Shown piece by piece: positions 38,101 to 48,856 of a DNA stretch of 64,000 nt. This DNA comes from Eledone cirrhosa. Lineage: Eukaryota. A program made the translations under genes and the position numbers. Each line of letters begins with the position of its first letter. Positions within the stretch are counted from its first letter, which is position 1. The notes below the pieces were generated by a model. That model was given only the letters and a program-made list of their open reading frames with translations, did not search any database and had not been told where the DNA came from. The stretch lies in NCBI GenBank assembly GCA_964016885.1, contig OZ024740.1:422468001-422532000 (forward strand), given 5' to 3'.

Positions 38101-39262
38101 CCATCATAGCCGTCACAATGTTGTCCAACGTGACCATTTAGGTCGCCAGCAATAATAATATAGTCACTGTCGGTTATTTGGGAGGTAGTGAGCATCAGTG
38201 TCTCATAGAAAGTGTCTTTTATAGCGCCAGGCAGTCCGGATTGGGGCGCGTACGCAGATATTATCGTCACAGTAGTTCTATTTAGAACAAGTCTTATTTT
38301 ACTTATTCTGTCGTTTACTCTATTTACGTCTATTATCTTATCCACCCATTTTTCTGCTAACATGATTCCTACCCCACCCAGCCCATTGTCATTTCCCACC
38401 CAGAAAAGCTTATAGCATCGTTTTTTACCCACAATGAATCTAGCAGACCCGCCCCTCCACCTGGTCTCTTGGATACAGCAGACATCAACCTCCTTACGTT
38501 CAAGCATTTCTACAACCTCGTTAGAGCGGCCTTTTAAGGTCCCTACATTCATGGTACCAACTCTGAAGTTTTGGATTGCGTTTGGTGGGTGGGGTGCAGG
38601 GAGGGGTGAGGTGGATATGGTTGGGGTTATGTTGGCCATCCGCGGCCGCAACAAAGAGGGTGGGGCCTTGCCCTTTCGTCCGGCAGCATGAGGTGAATTT
38701 GTCGTTATCTTTTGCATTGTCTTCGGGTGTCCAGATTCTTCTGACTCTCCAGAAATTCCCTAGTTCATCCATCATATCGAAAAGCAACCAGAAGTGCTAG
38801 GATAGGTCGTTTACTTGTGATTGGTCCAAATAATGTGGTGGGTGGGAGGGGTATGGGGTAGTTTGCGAGAAGCAGACTTATTTTTTAGAACAACTGTGAG
38901 ACAGAATTATAGAAAGACAATTATGTACGTTACATTTCTTAGAAGTAGACTGAACGAGCGACCATCAATAATAGTTGACAAATTCGGAGTTGCGGTCCCC
39001 CGTAACATGACTTATTTATATTTGGTTGGCAGGGAGTGAGAGAGCGGCATATGTGAGAGTGAGAAGGTGAGAGGCGATTTCAGCAGGCCGAGAGAGAGAG
39101 GCCATCCCAATAAAACCTGGCAAAATTTTTCGGCCAAAATGGTTGCAGGAATATTATTTAGGACAACGTGGAGAAGATTTTTAGAAAGACAATTATGAAT
39201 ACGGTTTTTGATACTGGGGGATTGTAAGATATATAGATGAATGAACCGAGGAGCAGACTTAT
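35150..39262 (-). mobile_element. RTE family A, apparently full-length (~4.1 kb) but disrupted
   Basis: 5' UTR, APE (GTMNVGTLKGR, CIQETRW, AYAPQSG, AGDLNGHVG, QVDYIL, SQHRL), RT (YADD), PHD-type finger and (ATC)n tail at 35150. Several stops and frameshifts (e.g. 37585, 36802, 36382, 35941, 35722). The 5' boundary is approximate. Confidence 0.92.
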
Positions 39263-39388
39263 TATGTGTATATGTATATATATATATGTGTATATATATA
39301 TATATGTGTATATATATATATGTGTATATATATATATATGTGTATATATATATATGTATATATATATATATGTATATATATATATGTG

Positions 39389-39437
<49 letters not shown>

Positions 39438-39482
39438 GTATATATATATGTATATATATATATGTGTGTATATATATATGTA

Positions 39483-39753
39483 TTTTCCCTGCTTGCAAGG
39501 GTGGGACGGGAACTGATTCTGGCTTGATTTCTACAGCTGGATGCCCTTCCTAACACCAACCTCATTTACAGTGAGTGCTGGGTGCTTTTTTGCCGTGGCA
39601 CCTCCACGGCCACTCATTTCTACAGCTGAGTAAACTGGAGCAATGTGAAATAAAGTGCCTTGCTCAAGGAAACAACACATCGCTCGGTCTGAGAATTGAA
39701 CTCACAACCTTTCGATTGCAAGCCCAATGCTCTAACCACTAAGCCATGTGCCT

Positions 39754-39755
<2 letters not shown>
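39483..39755 (-). mobile_element. tRNA-derived SINE with RTE-B-derived 3' tail
   Basis: A box TGGCTTAGTGG and B box GAGTTCAATTC; central TCCTTGAGCAAGGCACTT...GCTCCAGTTTACTCAGCTG domain; tail matches the RTE-B 3' UTR. Confidence 0.88.
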
Positions 39756-39786
<31 letters not shown>

Positions 39787-39791
<5 letters not shown>

Positions 39792-40030
39792 CACGACAAA
39801 AAAACACACAGTCCACGCTGTAATGTGGCCGTGTAGGCAACACGGTAAAAACCTCCCAGACCCACACTGTAAATGTGGTTGGTGTTAGGAAGGGCATCCA
39901 ACTGTAGAAAACCTGCCAGACAGTCCTATGCGAGCAAGACAATCACTCTTGCCTCAAGTGGGACTACCCCCGTCCAAACCCATGCAAGCGTGGAACACGG
40001 ACGTTAAACGTTGATGATGATGATGATGAT
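39787..40030 (+). mobile_element. RTE family A 3' UTR fragment with (GAT)n tail
   Basis: Matches 10366-10607. Confidence 0.9.
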
Positions 40031-40631
40031 ATGTATGAATGAAGTAATTCCGTCGGAAAAGTCCAGGAAAAAAAGTGCTCTATGTAGGTAACAGAGCTTA
40101 ATAGTGTGCGTGTTTGTGCATGTATTTGTGTATGTGTATGTATGTGTTTATGTATATGTATATTTATGTGCGAGAGTGTGTGTATGTATTTACTATTTCG
40201 TACGTATGTATACGTGCATTTGTATGTATTACTTACCACGCGTGTCTGTCCAGTTACCTGCAGTTTGTATCGCTGTCAAAAAATTTTTAATATATATATA
40301 TATATATATTTTTTTTTCTTATATTTATTTGCGTGTGTGAATATGTAGAGGAGTGCATTTATGTATGTGTATGTATGTATGTATGTATATGTGTGTGTAT
40401 GCTTGTACACATATATATGTATATATATATATATGTATGTATGTATATGTGTGTATGTATATGTATTTATATTTATGTTTCTATGTGTATATATGTGTGT
40501 GTGGTTGTATATATGTATGTATGTATGGATGTGTTGATATTTATGTGCGTATGTGTATATGTATGTTTGTGTGTATTTATATACACGTGTGTATATATGT
40601 GTGTGTGTATGTATGAGTGTATATATATATG

Positions 40632-40662
<31 letters not shown>

Positions 40663-40886
40663 ATGTATGCTTTTGTGTGTGTTTGCATGTGTAGTTTTAT
40701 TTTATTTTTCCTTTCCTTCTTCCTTCTCCAGCCTCACTTTCATATGGATTGCATTTTTGTTTTTAAAATCCAAATGCAATAAACAGACCAGGATTTTTTC
40801 ATTCTGAGGATTGAAAGCAAAATCTTTTGCTTTTAAGAAACCACTGGTAAATGGAATAATTGCCTTATGTTGTTTATTACATAACT

Positions 40887-40915
40887 ATATATATATGTGT
40901 ATATATATATATATA

Positions 40916-40956
<41 letters not shown>

Positions 40957-41849
40957 ATATATATATATGTGTATATATATATATGTGTATATATATATAT
41001 GTGTATATATATATATGTGTATATATATATATGTATGTATATATATATGTATATATATATTTATATATATATGCGTATATATGTGTGTATATATATATGT
41101 ATATATATATGTATATATATATATGTGTGTATATATATATATATATGCGTATATATATATATATGTGTATATATATATATATATATGCGTATATATATAT
41201 ATATATATATGCATATATATATATATATATATATATGCATATATGTATATATGCATATATATATGTATATATGTATATATATATGCATATATATATGTAT
41301 ATATGTATATATATATGTATATATATATGCATATATATATGTATATATATATGTATATATATATATGTATATATATATATATGTATGTATATATATATAT
41401 GTATGTATATATATATATGTATGTATATATGTATATATATATATGTATGTATATATATATATGTATATATATATATATGTATGTATATATATATATGTAT
41501 GTATATATATATATGTATATATATATATGTATATATATATATGTATGTATATATATATATGTATGTATATATATATATGTATATATATATATGTATGTAT
41601 ATATATATATGTATGTATATATATATATGTATGTATATATATATATGTATGTATATATATATATGTATGTATATATATATATGTATATATATGTATGTAT
41701 ATATATATATGTATATATATGTATGTATATATATATATGTATATATATATATGTATATATATATATGTATGTATATATGTATGTATATATGTATGTATAT
41801 ATGTATTATATGTATATATATATATATATGTATGTATATATATATGTAT
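40887..41849. repeat. Interrupted (TA)n array, G-interrupted on + strand
   Basis: About 1 kb of TATG/TATATG units. Similar G-type arrays lie at 30196-30399, 34938-35149 and 39263-39482; C-type arrays at 7569-7792, 23652-23830 and 24330-24584. Confidence 0.95.
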
Positions 41850-42401
41850 ATCATCATCATCATCATCACCGTTTTATGTCCGTTCTTTCACGCTAGCATG
41901 GGTTAGACGGGTTGTCCTGTTGTGTGCAGTGTCTGGTCGGCTGACCATGCCTTGCTCATACAGGAACTGATCTGGCTTGATTTCTACAGCTGGATGCCCT
42001 TCCTAACACCAACCTCATTTACAGTGAGTGCTGGGTGCTTTTTCGTGGCGCCTACACGTCCACTTTACAGTGTGGGCTGGGTGCCTTTTTGCCGTGGCAC
42101 CTCCACGACCACCTTGCGGTGGGGGGTGTGGGGGCATATTGTTTATATGCTTCAGCATGTACCCATGGGAGGTCGGGTACTCTGTATTACTGCGTGACGC
42201 CAGAAGTCACGGTCGTGTGTCATTGTCTTTGAGAGGTGTAATTGGGTAAGGTCGGCTTTTATCACCTCATCCCAGGTCATCTTGGGTCTCCCCACTCCGC
42301 GGTTTCCATCAACTTCTAGTGCTCTGCACCTTTTTATGCAGCTGTCATCCTTCATACGCATCACATGTCCATACCAGCGTAACCGCCTTTCCTGCACACA
42401 G
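41849..42401 (-). mobile_element. RTE family B 3' fragment (~550 bp)
   Basis: [13 protein letters not shown]...STRPPMGTC*; (ATC)n tail at 41849. Confidence 0.92.
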
Positions 42402-42438
42402 TATATATGTGTATATATATGTATATATATATATATGT

Positions 42439-42761
42439 ATGGCTTAATGGTTAGAGCATTGGCCTTGCAATCAAAAGGTTGTGAGTTCAATTCTCAGACC
42501 GGGTGATGTGTTGTTTCCTTGAGCAAGACACTTTTTTTCACATTGCTCCAGTTTACTCAGCTGTAGAAATGAGATGATAGGGTCTAGGGGCCCTATCATT
42601 CCACTGTAAAGTGGTCGTGGAGGTGCCACGGCAAAAAAGCACCCAGCACTCACTGTAAATGAGGTTGGTGTTAGGAAGGGCATCCAGCTGTAGAAATCAA
42701 GCCAGAATCAGTTCCCGTCCCACCCTTGCAAGCAGGGAAAAGCGGACGTAAAATGATGATG
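42439..42761 (+). mobile_element. tRNA-derived SINE with RTE-B-derived tail (same family as 39483-39755)
   Basis: TGGCTTAATGG / GAGTTCAATTC boxes; extra hairpin ATGATAGGG..CCCTATCAT; ends CGGACGTAAAATGATGATG. Confidence 0.88.
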
Positions 42762-42879
42762 GGATGTCGTCATCATATGTCTAAAACAGCACGTGCTGTG
42801 ACCAGCAGCGCAGAATGGCGCCCGACAGACTGGTCGGTCAAGGTGATATATATATATAACTTTGATATATATATAACTT

Positions 42880-43878
42880 TGATAACTTTGTGCCAGTATT
42901 GGCCCAGGCCATGTCTAACTTAATAGCACCACCTGGCGCAGTCTTACAAATCAGTGTTTGGGCACCATGGCCCACTCGAGCAGAGAGTTATTGTTTACGG
43001 AGGCTTATCCAGGATTTCTTGAAGGAATTTATCCAAAGACTTGATGGGATCTCTCTCTGTTTTGGTGTAATGTTAAAGAGTGCAGGGCCAATTGAGGTGA
43101 AATAATTGTGCCATATTGTTGTTATGTGATGCGAGTGGGATTTTTGTCGTGAGCGGATAGTACGGGGCCCAAGCCTTGGGTGTACACTAAAGGTGATGCC
43201 AACATGATTTGGGCTAAGCTGATGGAATATTTTTCACATCATACAGATGATATAGCGCTCACGGCGACGTTGAAGAGAATAAAGTTTGAGCTTTTCTAAT
43301 CGACCCCAATAGTCAAGGCCTGTCATGCCAACTATCTTTTTTATAATTGACCTTTGGAGTGCTTCAACTTTCATGATACTTTGTTTCGTATGGGGTGACC
43401 ACAGTGGACAACAGTATTCAAGGTGGGGTCGGGCAAAAGTGGAGAAGAGAAGGACAACAGTGTGGATATCTCTCGACTGCAAAGTTCTGAGAATCCAGGA
43501 ACACACTCTGCGGGCCATATCAACTTTGCTGTTTATATGAGTGGCCCAGCTTATATTGTTGTCCACAATTACTCCCAGGTCTCTAATGTTATTGGAAGCC
43601 ACTAGAGTTTCACCCAAAGGAAGAGAGTATGGTAGTTTCAGGGCATCCTTTTTTCCAAAGTGGATTAGTTCAAATTTATCCTCATTCAACAGCATATTAT
43701 TCATCTCTGCCCATTGGATAACAGCCAGTAGGTCTGACTGAAGGCAAGTCCGGTCACCCACCTCATTGATGACCCTTTGGAGCTTGGAATCATCTGCGAA
43801 GATTCTGATGTTGCTGTGTTTGATTATGTCAGTAATGTCATTAATGTAGATGATGAAAAGAAGTGGGCCCAACACAGT
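42880..43878 (-). mobile_element. CR1/L2/Jockey-group LINE 3' fragment (RT)
   Basis: VLGPLLFIIYIND, IFADDSKL, RDLGVIVD, RPHLEYCCPLWSP, SLQRRRERY. The 5' end joins (TA)n; the 3' boundary is approximate. Confidence 0.85.
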
Positions 43879-43898
43879 CTATATATAGTCTATATATA

Positions 43899-44495
43899 CT
43901 AGCAGTCGTACCCGGCGTTGCACGAGAAAAAGGTATTTTGGAACGCGGGCCGCCAACAGACCTAATCGTGGAAAAACTGCATGCCTGGACAATATGTAAA
44001 GAAAATAAACCGAATACTCTGATAGCTGAATAATCTTTAAGATTTTCCTCGATGAAGCAGGAAAAATGCAGGTTTTCACCTAATGCGGGCCCAAGGGGAT
44101 CAAGAATATGAATTTTTTTATGTGCATAATATGCCTTGAAATTTCAGGAAAATCGGCCAAAAAGCCATAAAAAGCTGAAAAAAAATGCTTTCCACCTAAT
44201 GCTGGCCCTAGGCCATAAAAAAGTTGGATTTTCTTTGCTTCATGGTATGAAGAAGAGACTGACTAATACATAGTTACAATTTCAAGGAAATCGGTCTGAC
44301 GTAACGCCTCAAAAAAACCATAAAAAGCTTAAAAAACGCAGTTTTTCACCTAATGCCTAGGAGATCAAAATGTTTAATTTTTTATGTGCATAACACTCCC
44401 TGAAACATAATATACATGTAAAGTTTGAAAAAATCGGTTGGGTACTTCTCAGGGAAGTGATGTAATGCAGACAGCCAGACATACAAAAAATATAG
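43899..44495 (-). mobile_element. Non-autonomous Helitron-like element
   Basis: The minus-strand 3' end is a GC-rich imperfect hairpin (CTCGTGCAACGCCGGG) followed by CTAG|T. Internal CACCTAATGC repeats; CAGA microsatellite near the other end. Confidence 0.6.
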
Positions 44496-44588
44496 AAACA
44501 AACCGTTCAATTTTTTAATAACCGTTCAATTTTTTTAATAACCTCTAGATGCAGAGCAAGTTTAAATAGATGGCAGTTTTATATTTTA

Positions 44589-45153
44589 CTAGCAGAATGG
44601 CCCGGCGTTGCTCGGCATTTGCTCTATGGTTCTTATATATTTGATATATATTTATCCTTATCAAGCCTCGTGAAATAAATACGTTTGTTTATATTTTGTT
44701 ATTGTGTATACAAAAATATCTGTACACGAATATATAATTATATATATATATATATTAAAATAACAGATTAAAGTTTAAGCAAAGAAACGTTGCTTTCACC
44801 CTTAACGGGATCTTCTGAAACTAAAAAAAAATCAATCTGAGAACGCATAAGTAAATATTTCGAAAACCGTTACACACTATATATATATATACACACACCT
44901 ACGTCATAATGTCGTAATGCAGACAGATATTATAAGGACGCAACGTTATATCTATGTATCTATCTAAAAAGAGAAAGAGATCGCTAAATCGCCTAATGCG
45001 GTTCCTAGGCCATTGAAAATTTGAAATATTTTTTGCTCTAAATACTCACAGGACCATAAGTATTACATGTGTAAAGTTTGAAAACAATCGGTTGGGTTGT
45101 TCTCGAGTTTTAGTGATTGGACAGACAGACATTCTCTGTTTTAGATATATAGA
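44589..45153 (-). mobile_element. Non-autonomous Helitron-like element containing PLE pLTR fragments
   Basis: Minus-strand 5' A|TCTATATATC...TGTCTGTCTGTC and 3' CCGAGCAACGCCGGG..CTAG|T. Segments 44619-44668 (+) and 44755-44865 (-) match the Naiad-like pLTR region. Confidence 0.65.
44772..44822 (-). ncRNA. Third copy of the variant (CAGAAGA) hammerhead-like motif
   Basis: Reverse complement reads AGTTT-CAGAAGA-TCCCGTTAAGGGT-GAA-AGCAA cgtttct TTGCT-T-AAACT. Confidence 0.65.
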
Positions 45154-45434
45154 TATCGTCTTCTCCAATATCTACATGGTGTAACTTCACCATATTTATT
45201 CCTCTGATATAGTCCAAACTCAGCAGCAACTACAACGTAGCAACAGCTACAACAATATCAACAGCAGCAACAACTACAACAACAGCAGCAGCAACCAAAA
45301 CAACCATTACCTACAACCACAACAACCATTACCTACAACCACAACATCCGGAACCACAATAACTACTAACTAAACCACAACCACTCCTTCAAATACTAGT
45401 ACAGGAGAAAACCTATTGAATGAATGACACATGA

Positions 45435-46203
45435 ACCAGCCAGCCAGCCAACCAACCAACCAATCCATTCAGACAGTCAACCAACCAGCCAACCGTCCAC
45501 CAACCAACCAGCCAACCAATCCAGTCAGACAACCAACCAGCCAACCGTCCACCAACCAACCAATCCAGTCAGACAACTAACCAGCCAACCGTCCACCAAC
45601 CAGCCAACCGTCTACCAACCAACCAGCCAATCCAGACAGACAGACAACCAGCCAATCCAGTCAGACAACCAACCAGCCAACCGTCCACCATCCATCCACC
45701 AACTAGCCAACCCAGTCAGACAGCCATCCACCAACCAGCCAACCCAGTCAGACAGCCATCCACCAACCAGCCAACCCAGTCAGACAGCCATCCACCAACC
45801 AGCCAACCCAGTCAGACAGCCATCCACCATCCATCCACCAACCAGCCCACTGTCTACCAACCAAGCAACCAGCTAACCATCCAATCCAGCCAGCCAACCC
45901 AGTCAGACAGCCATCCACCAACCAGCCAACTGTCTACCAACCAAGCAACCAGCTAACCATCCAATCCAGCCAGCCAACCCAGTCAGACAGCCATCCACCA
46001 ACCAGCCAACCAAGTCAGACAGCCATCTACCATCCAGCCAACCGTCTACCAACCAGCTAACCATCCAATCCACCCAGCCAACCCAGTCAGACAGCCATCC
46101 ACCAACCAGCCAACCCAGTCAGACAGCCATCTACCATCCAGCCAACCGTCTACCAACCAGCTAACCATCCAATCCAGTCAGACAGCCATCCACCAACCAG
46201 CCA
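45435..46203. repeat. CCAA/CCAG-based degenerate minisatellite
   Basis: Recurrent CCAGTCAGACAGCCATCCACCAACCAGCCAAC units. Confidence 0.9.
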
Positions 46204-46274
46204 TTCTCTACAAACCATCTTTACCTCGACATTAATCGCTTTATAAGATAACCAGAATAGACACATCATTGTCA

Positions 46275-46509
46275 TCTACTACTACTACCACTACTACTGC
46301 TGTTACTACTACTACTACCACTACTACTGCTGCTGCTACCACTACTGCTTCTACTACTACTATTGCTACTACTGCTGCTGCTGCTACTACTACTATTACT
46401 GCTGCTACTACCATTACTACTGCTACTACGGCTACTGCTGCTACTACTACTGCTGTTGCTACTACTGCTACCACTACTACTACTACCCTCACCACCACTA
46501 CTACTACTA
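46275..46509. repeat. (CTA/CTG)n trinucleotide tract; a similar (CAA/CAG)n tract lies at 45220-45385
   Basis: Directly visible. Confidence 0.9.
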
Positions 46510-47679
46510 ATGATATACCTAACAACTCAACCAACCAAACAACTAAATCAAAATCTTCAATCACCTACCCCGTCCCCAGCTTCCACTCCACTCCCCAGTT
46601 TTACATATCCAAGTTAGCTTGGCACAAGTAATTGAAATTGAAAAGTTATACATACAGGTATTAAATTTTAAAAAAATCTAACCTTCCTAAAACTAAAAAT
46701 CCCAGCTGGGGGCACAAATAAATTTCCCTCTTTGTCCCCCATTAAATCCGACCCCTGCACTCCAGTCTGTCCTTTAACAGACTCTCGGAATAAGAATTGT
46801 GAGACGTTTTAACCGACTATTTTAAGTTCAAATAACTCTGACGGCAGTCATTGTTTTGATAATGGTGAATTCGATTTTGCCCTGATATCCTCTGAGGTTT
46901 AAATTGATTGATTTGATCAACTCTACTCCTTAGCATCTCGTTAAGAAATTAGCATTTTTCATTCCCGGGTGAAAGTATATGTGTAATTATATTAGTGTCG
47001 TGCTAATGCTACCGGAAAAGTGGTGCACTTTAAAATCTTCCATCCACCATAACTCGAATATAATCTCATACTGCTTTTATTTTTCTCAGCGTCCGTACGA
47101 GAATCGGTCGAAAATTTCAGAGGTTACTTCTTATTAAATAACTGCATTGTTTCTTTCCAGGGACTGTTGAAAATTAAACCTCATTTGGTCATTTCATTTT
47201 CCGAAGTTCACAGTTGTATAAATAATATTACAAATTGTTTATAATTCTTACAGAATGAAAATATAAACACATATAATAAATACAATTAATTATTGCTAGG
47301 AACCTCACAAATGTAATGCACAACAAATATATGGTCAAAGCGAGAGAAAATGAAAAGGAAAGAAGAAAAATAAGAGTATCTTGGTCAGCCTATGAATTTT
47401 TCAGCCGATCCTCGTAAGTTCCCGAAGAACTAGATTAAACGATCCAGTTTCGGTTTTCGTCTGGAACTTTTTTGTCTTACACCGTTGCTAACCTTTAAAC
47501 AGTTAAAAGATAGCAGTATTGGAAAGGACTATAAATGCCATAAATGAGAAGAAAGGGAGGGGAAGAGGAAGGATAACTAGACAAAGGAAGACAGAAAGGA
47601 GGAAGAGGAGAAAGTGACAGCGTCTACACCGAGGTCAGTGTGGTGTTTCAGCTGCACCCCACGGACAGAATCACAAATA

Positions 47680-47812
47680 CATTTCCGCGAACAATAGCCA
47701 GCGACACCTGCCCCACCTCACGGGGCTCCTTCCTCAGACAGGCTGCTATCGATCCTATTTTACGGAGGTCAGCTGTCCGGAGTCCAAGGACGCCCGTAGT
47801 CTCTTTAGATAA
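47680..47812 (-). mobile_element. Degenerate CRE-like (restriction-like endonuclease) LINE 3' remnant
   Basis: Translates ETTGVLGLRTADLRKIG...KEPREVGQVSLAIVRGNVF; homologous to 63225-63445. Confidence 0.6.
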
Positions 47813-48235
47813 ACTGTATTTCATTTCTTTATTCTAAAAGGTTTCATATTTCTTGAAATATGGAAATGTCTATTAGAAGGGAAATAACGGCACTCATTGA
47901 TATTGTAGCAAATAAATAAATTATTTGTCTTTATATTTCTATCTCCAGTCTATGACATTTGAGACGTTTGGTGGAGTTGGGCCGCTGGCGGCTCACTTTA
48001 CCGTGAGGTCGCTTGGGTGTTTCAGAGCCTTTGATTCGCCATCACCCGTGGTATTGCTGTAAGCGTGTTAGCTTGCCTCAAAAGTTTCCATTGACCCTTG
48101 TGATGTGATGTGCGGCTGATTGTCGCACTTGGTGGTGGTTTTTGTTTTTCTCGCTTTGATCGTATATTTTAGTGCGTTGTATTTGTGAGGTTCATAGCAA
48201 TAGTTAATTGTATTTCGATTGAGCGTCGGACATTA

Positions 48236-48392
48236 TGCTTTGTGGCATATAGTTACGTTCCTTTACATTCTGAGTTCAAATCTCGCTGAGGTTAGCTTTA
48301 CTTTTCATCCTTAAAGGGTCGATAAAATAAAACAACAGTGACTTTCCCTTTCCCCCTCAAAATGGTTGGCTTTGTGCCTAAATCAAAAACCG
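48236..48392 (+). mobile_element. Old SINE remnant (B box plus Nin/Deu-like core)
   Basis: CTGAGTTCAAATCTCGCTGAGG...TTTCATCCTT..GGGTCGATAAAATAA resembles recalled SINE core sequences. Confidence 0.55.
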
Positions 48393-48856
48393 TTACATGT
48401 GTTCATATTTTCATAGTGAGAGATGGGGAGAGACGGAGACAGTGAGAGTTTGGACCTGATGTATATATGTGTATATATTTCACGGACCTGATGTATGTAT
48501 ATATTTGGACCCGATGTATATATTTCACGGACCTAGAACCTTAACATTTGTAATATCTCCTTATAATATATAACCAGCAATTTCTCTGTCTGTCTGTCCG
48601 ACAGTGGAAACACGTGCGTGCGTGGTTGCTATCTCTCTCTCTCTCCAGCTATCCCCTCTGTTAGTCTGTCTGTTTCTCTCACTCTCACTCTTTGTAACAC
48701 ACTAACATTCCTCCCCTCTATTGCTGTGACGAATGGGGAGATGGAGGAGGAGGAGGAGGAGAGAGTCACTTCGTCACTTCACCTCTGCCTTTCTTTCTCT
48801 CCCCTCTCACTCCCTCATTAAGTACAGACATTAGGGCGGTGGATTGGCAGAATCTG

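Noticed and set aside
39680-39755. tRNA gene (also 42439-42500)
   Set aside because: A and B boxes are present but the acceptor stem is poor and the sequence continues into a SINE body and LINE tail.
45424-46631. Q/P/T-rich and poly-Thr/Val/Leu ORFs resembling mucins
   Set aside because: They coincide with simple-sequence repeats; no domain or splice support.
46630-48230. Possible host exons (e.g. TTTTCTCAG at ~47089, TTTCCAG at ~47160)
   Set aside because: Acceptor-like motifs only; no supportable ORF or recognisable protein without transcript data.
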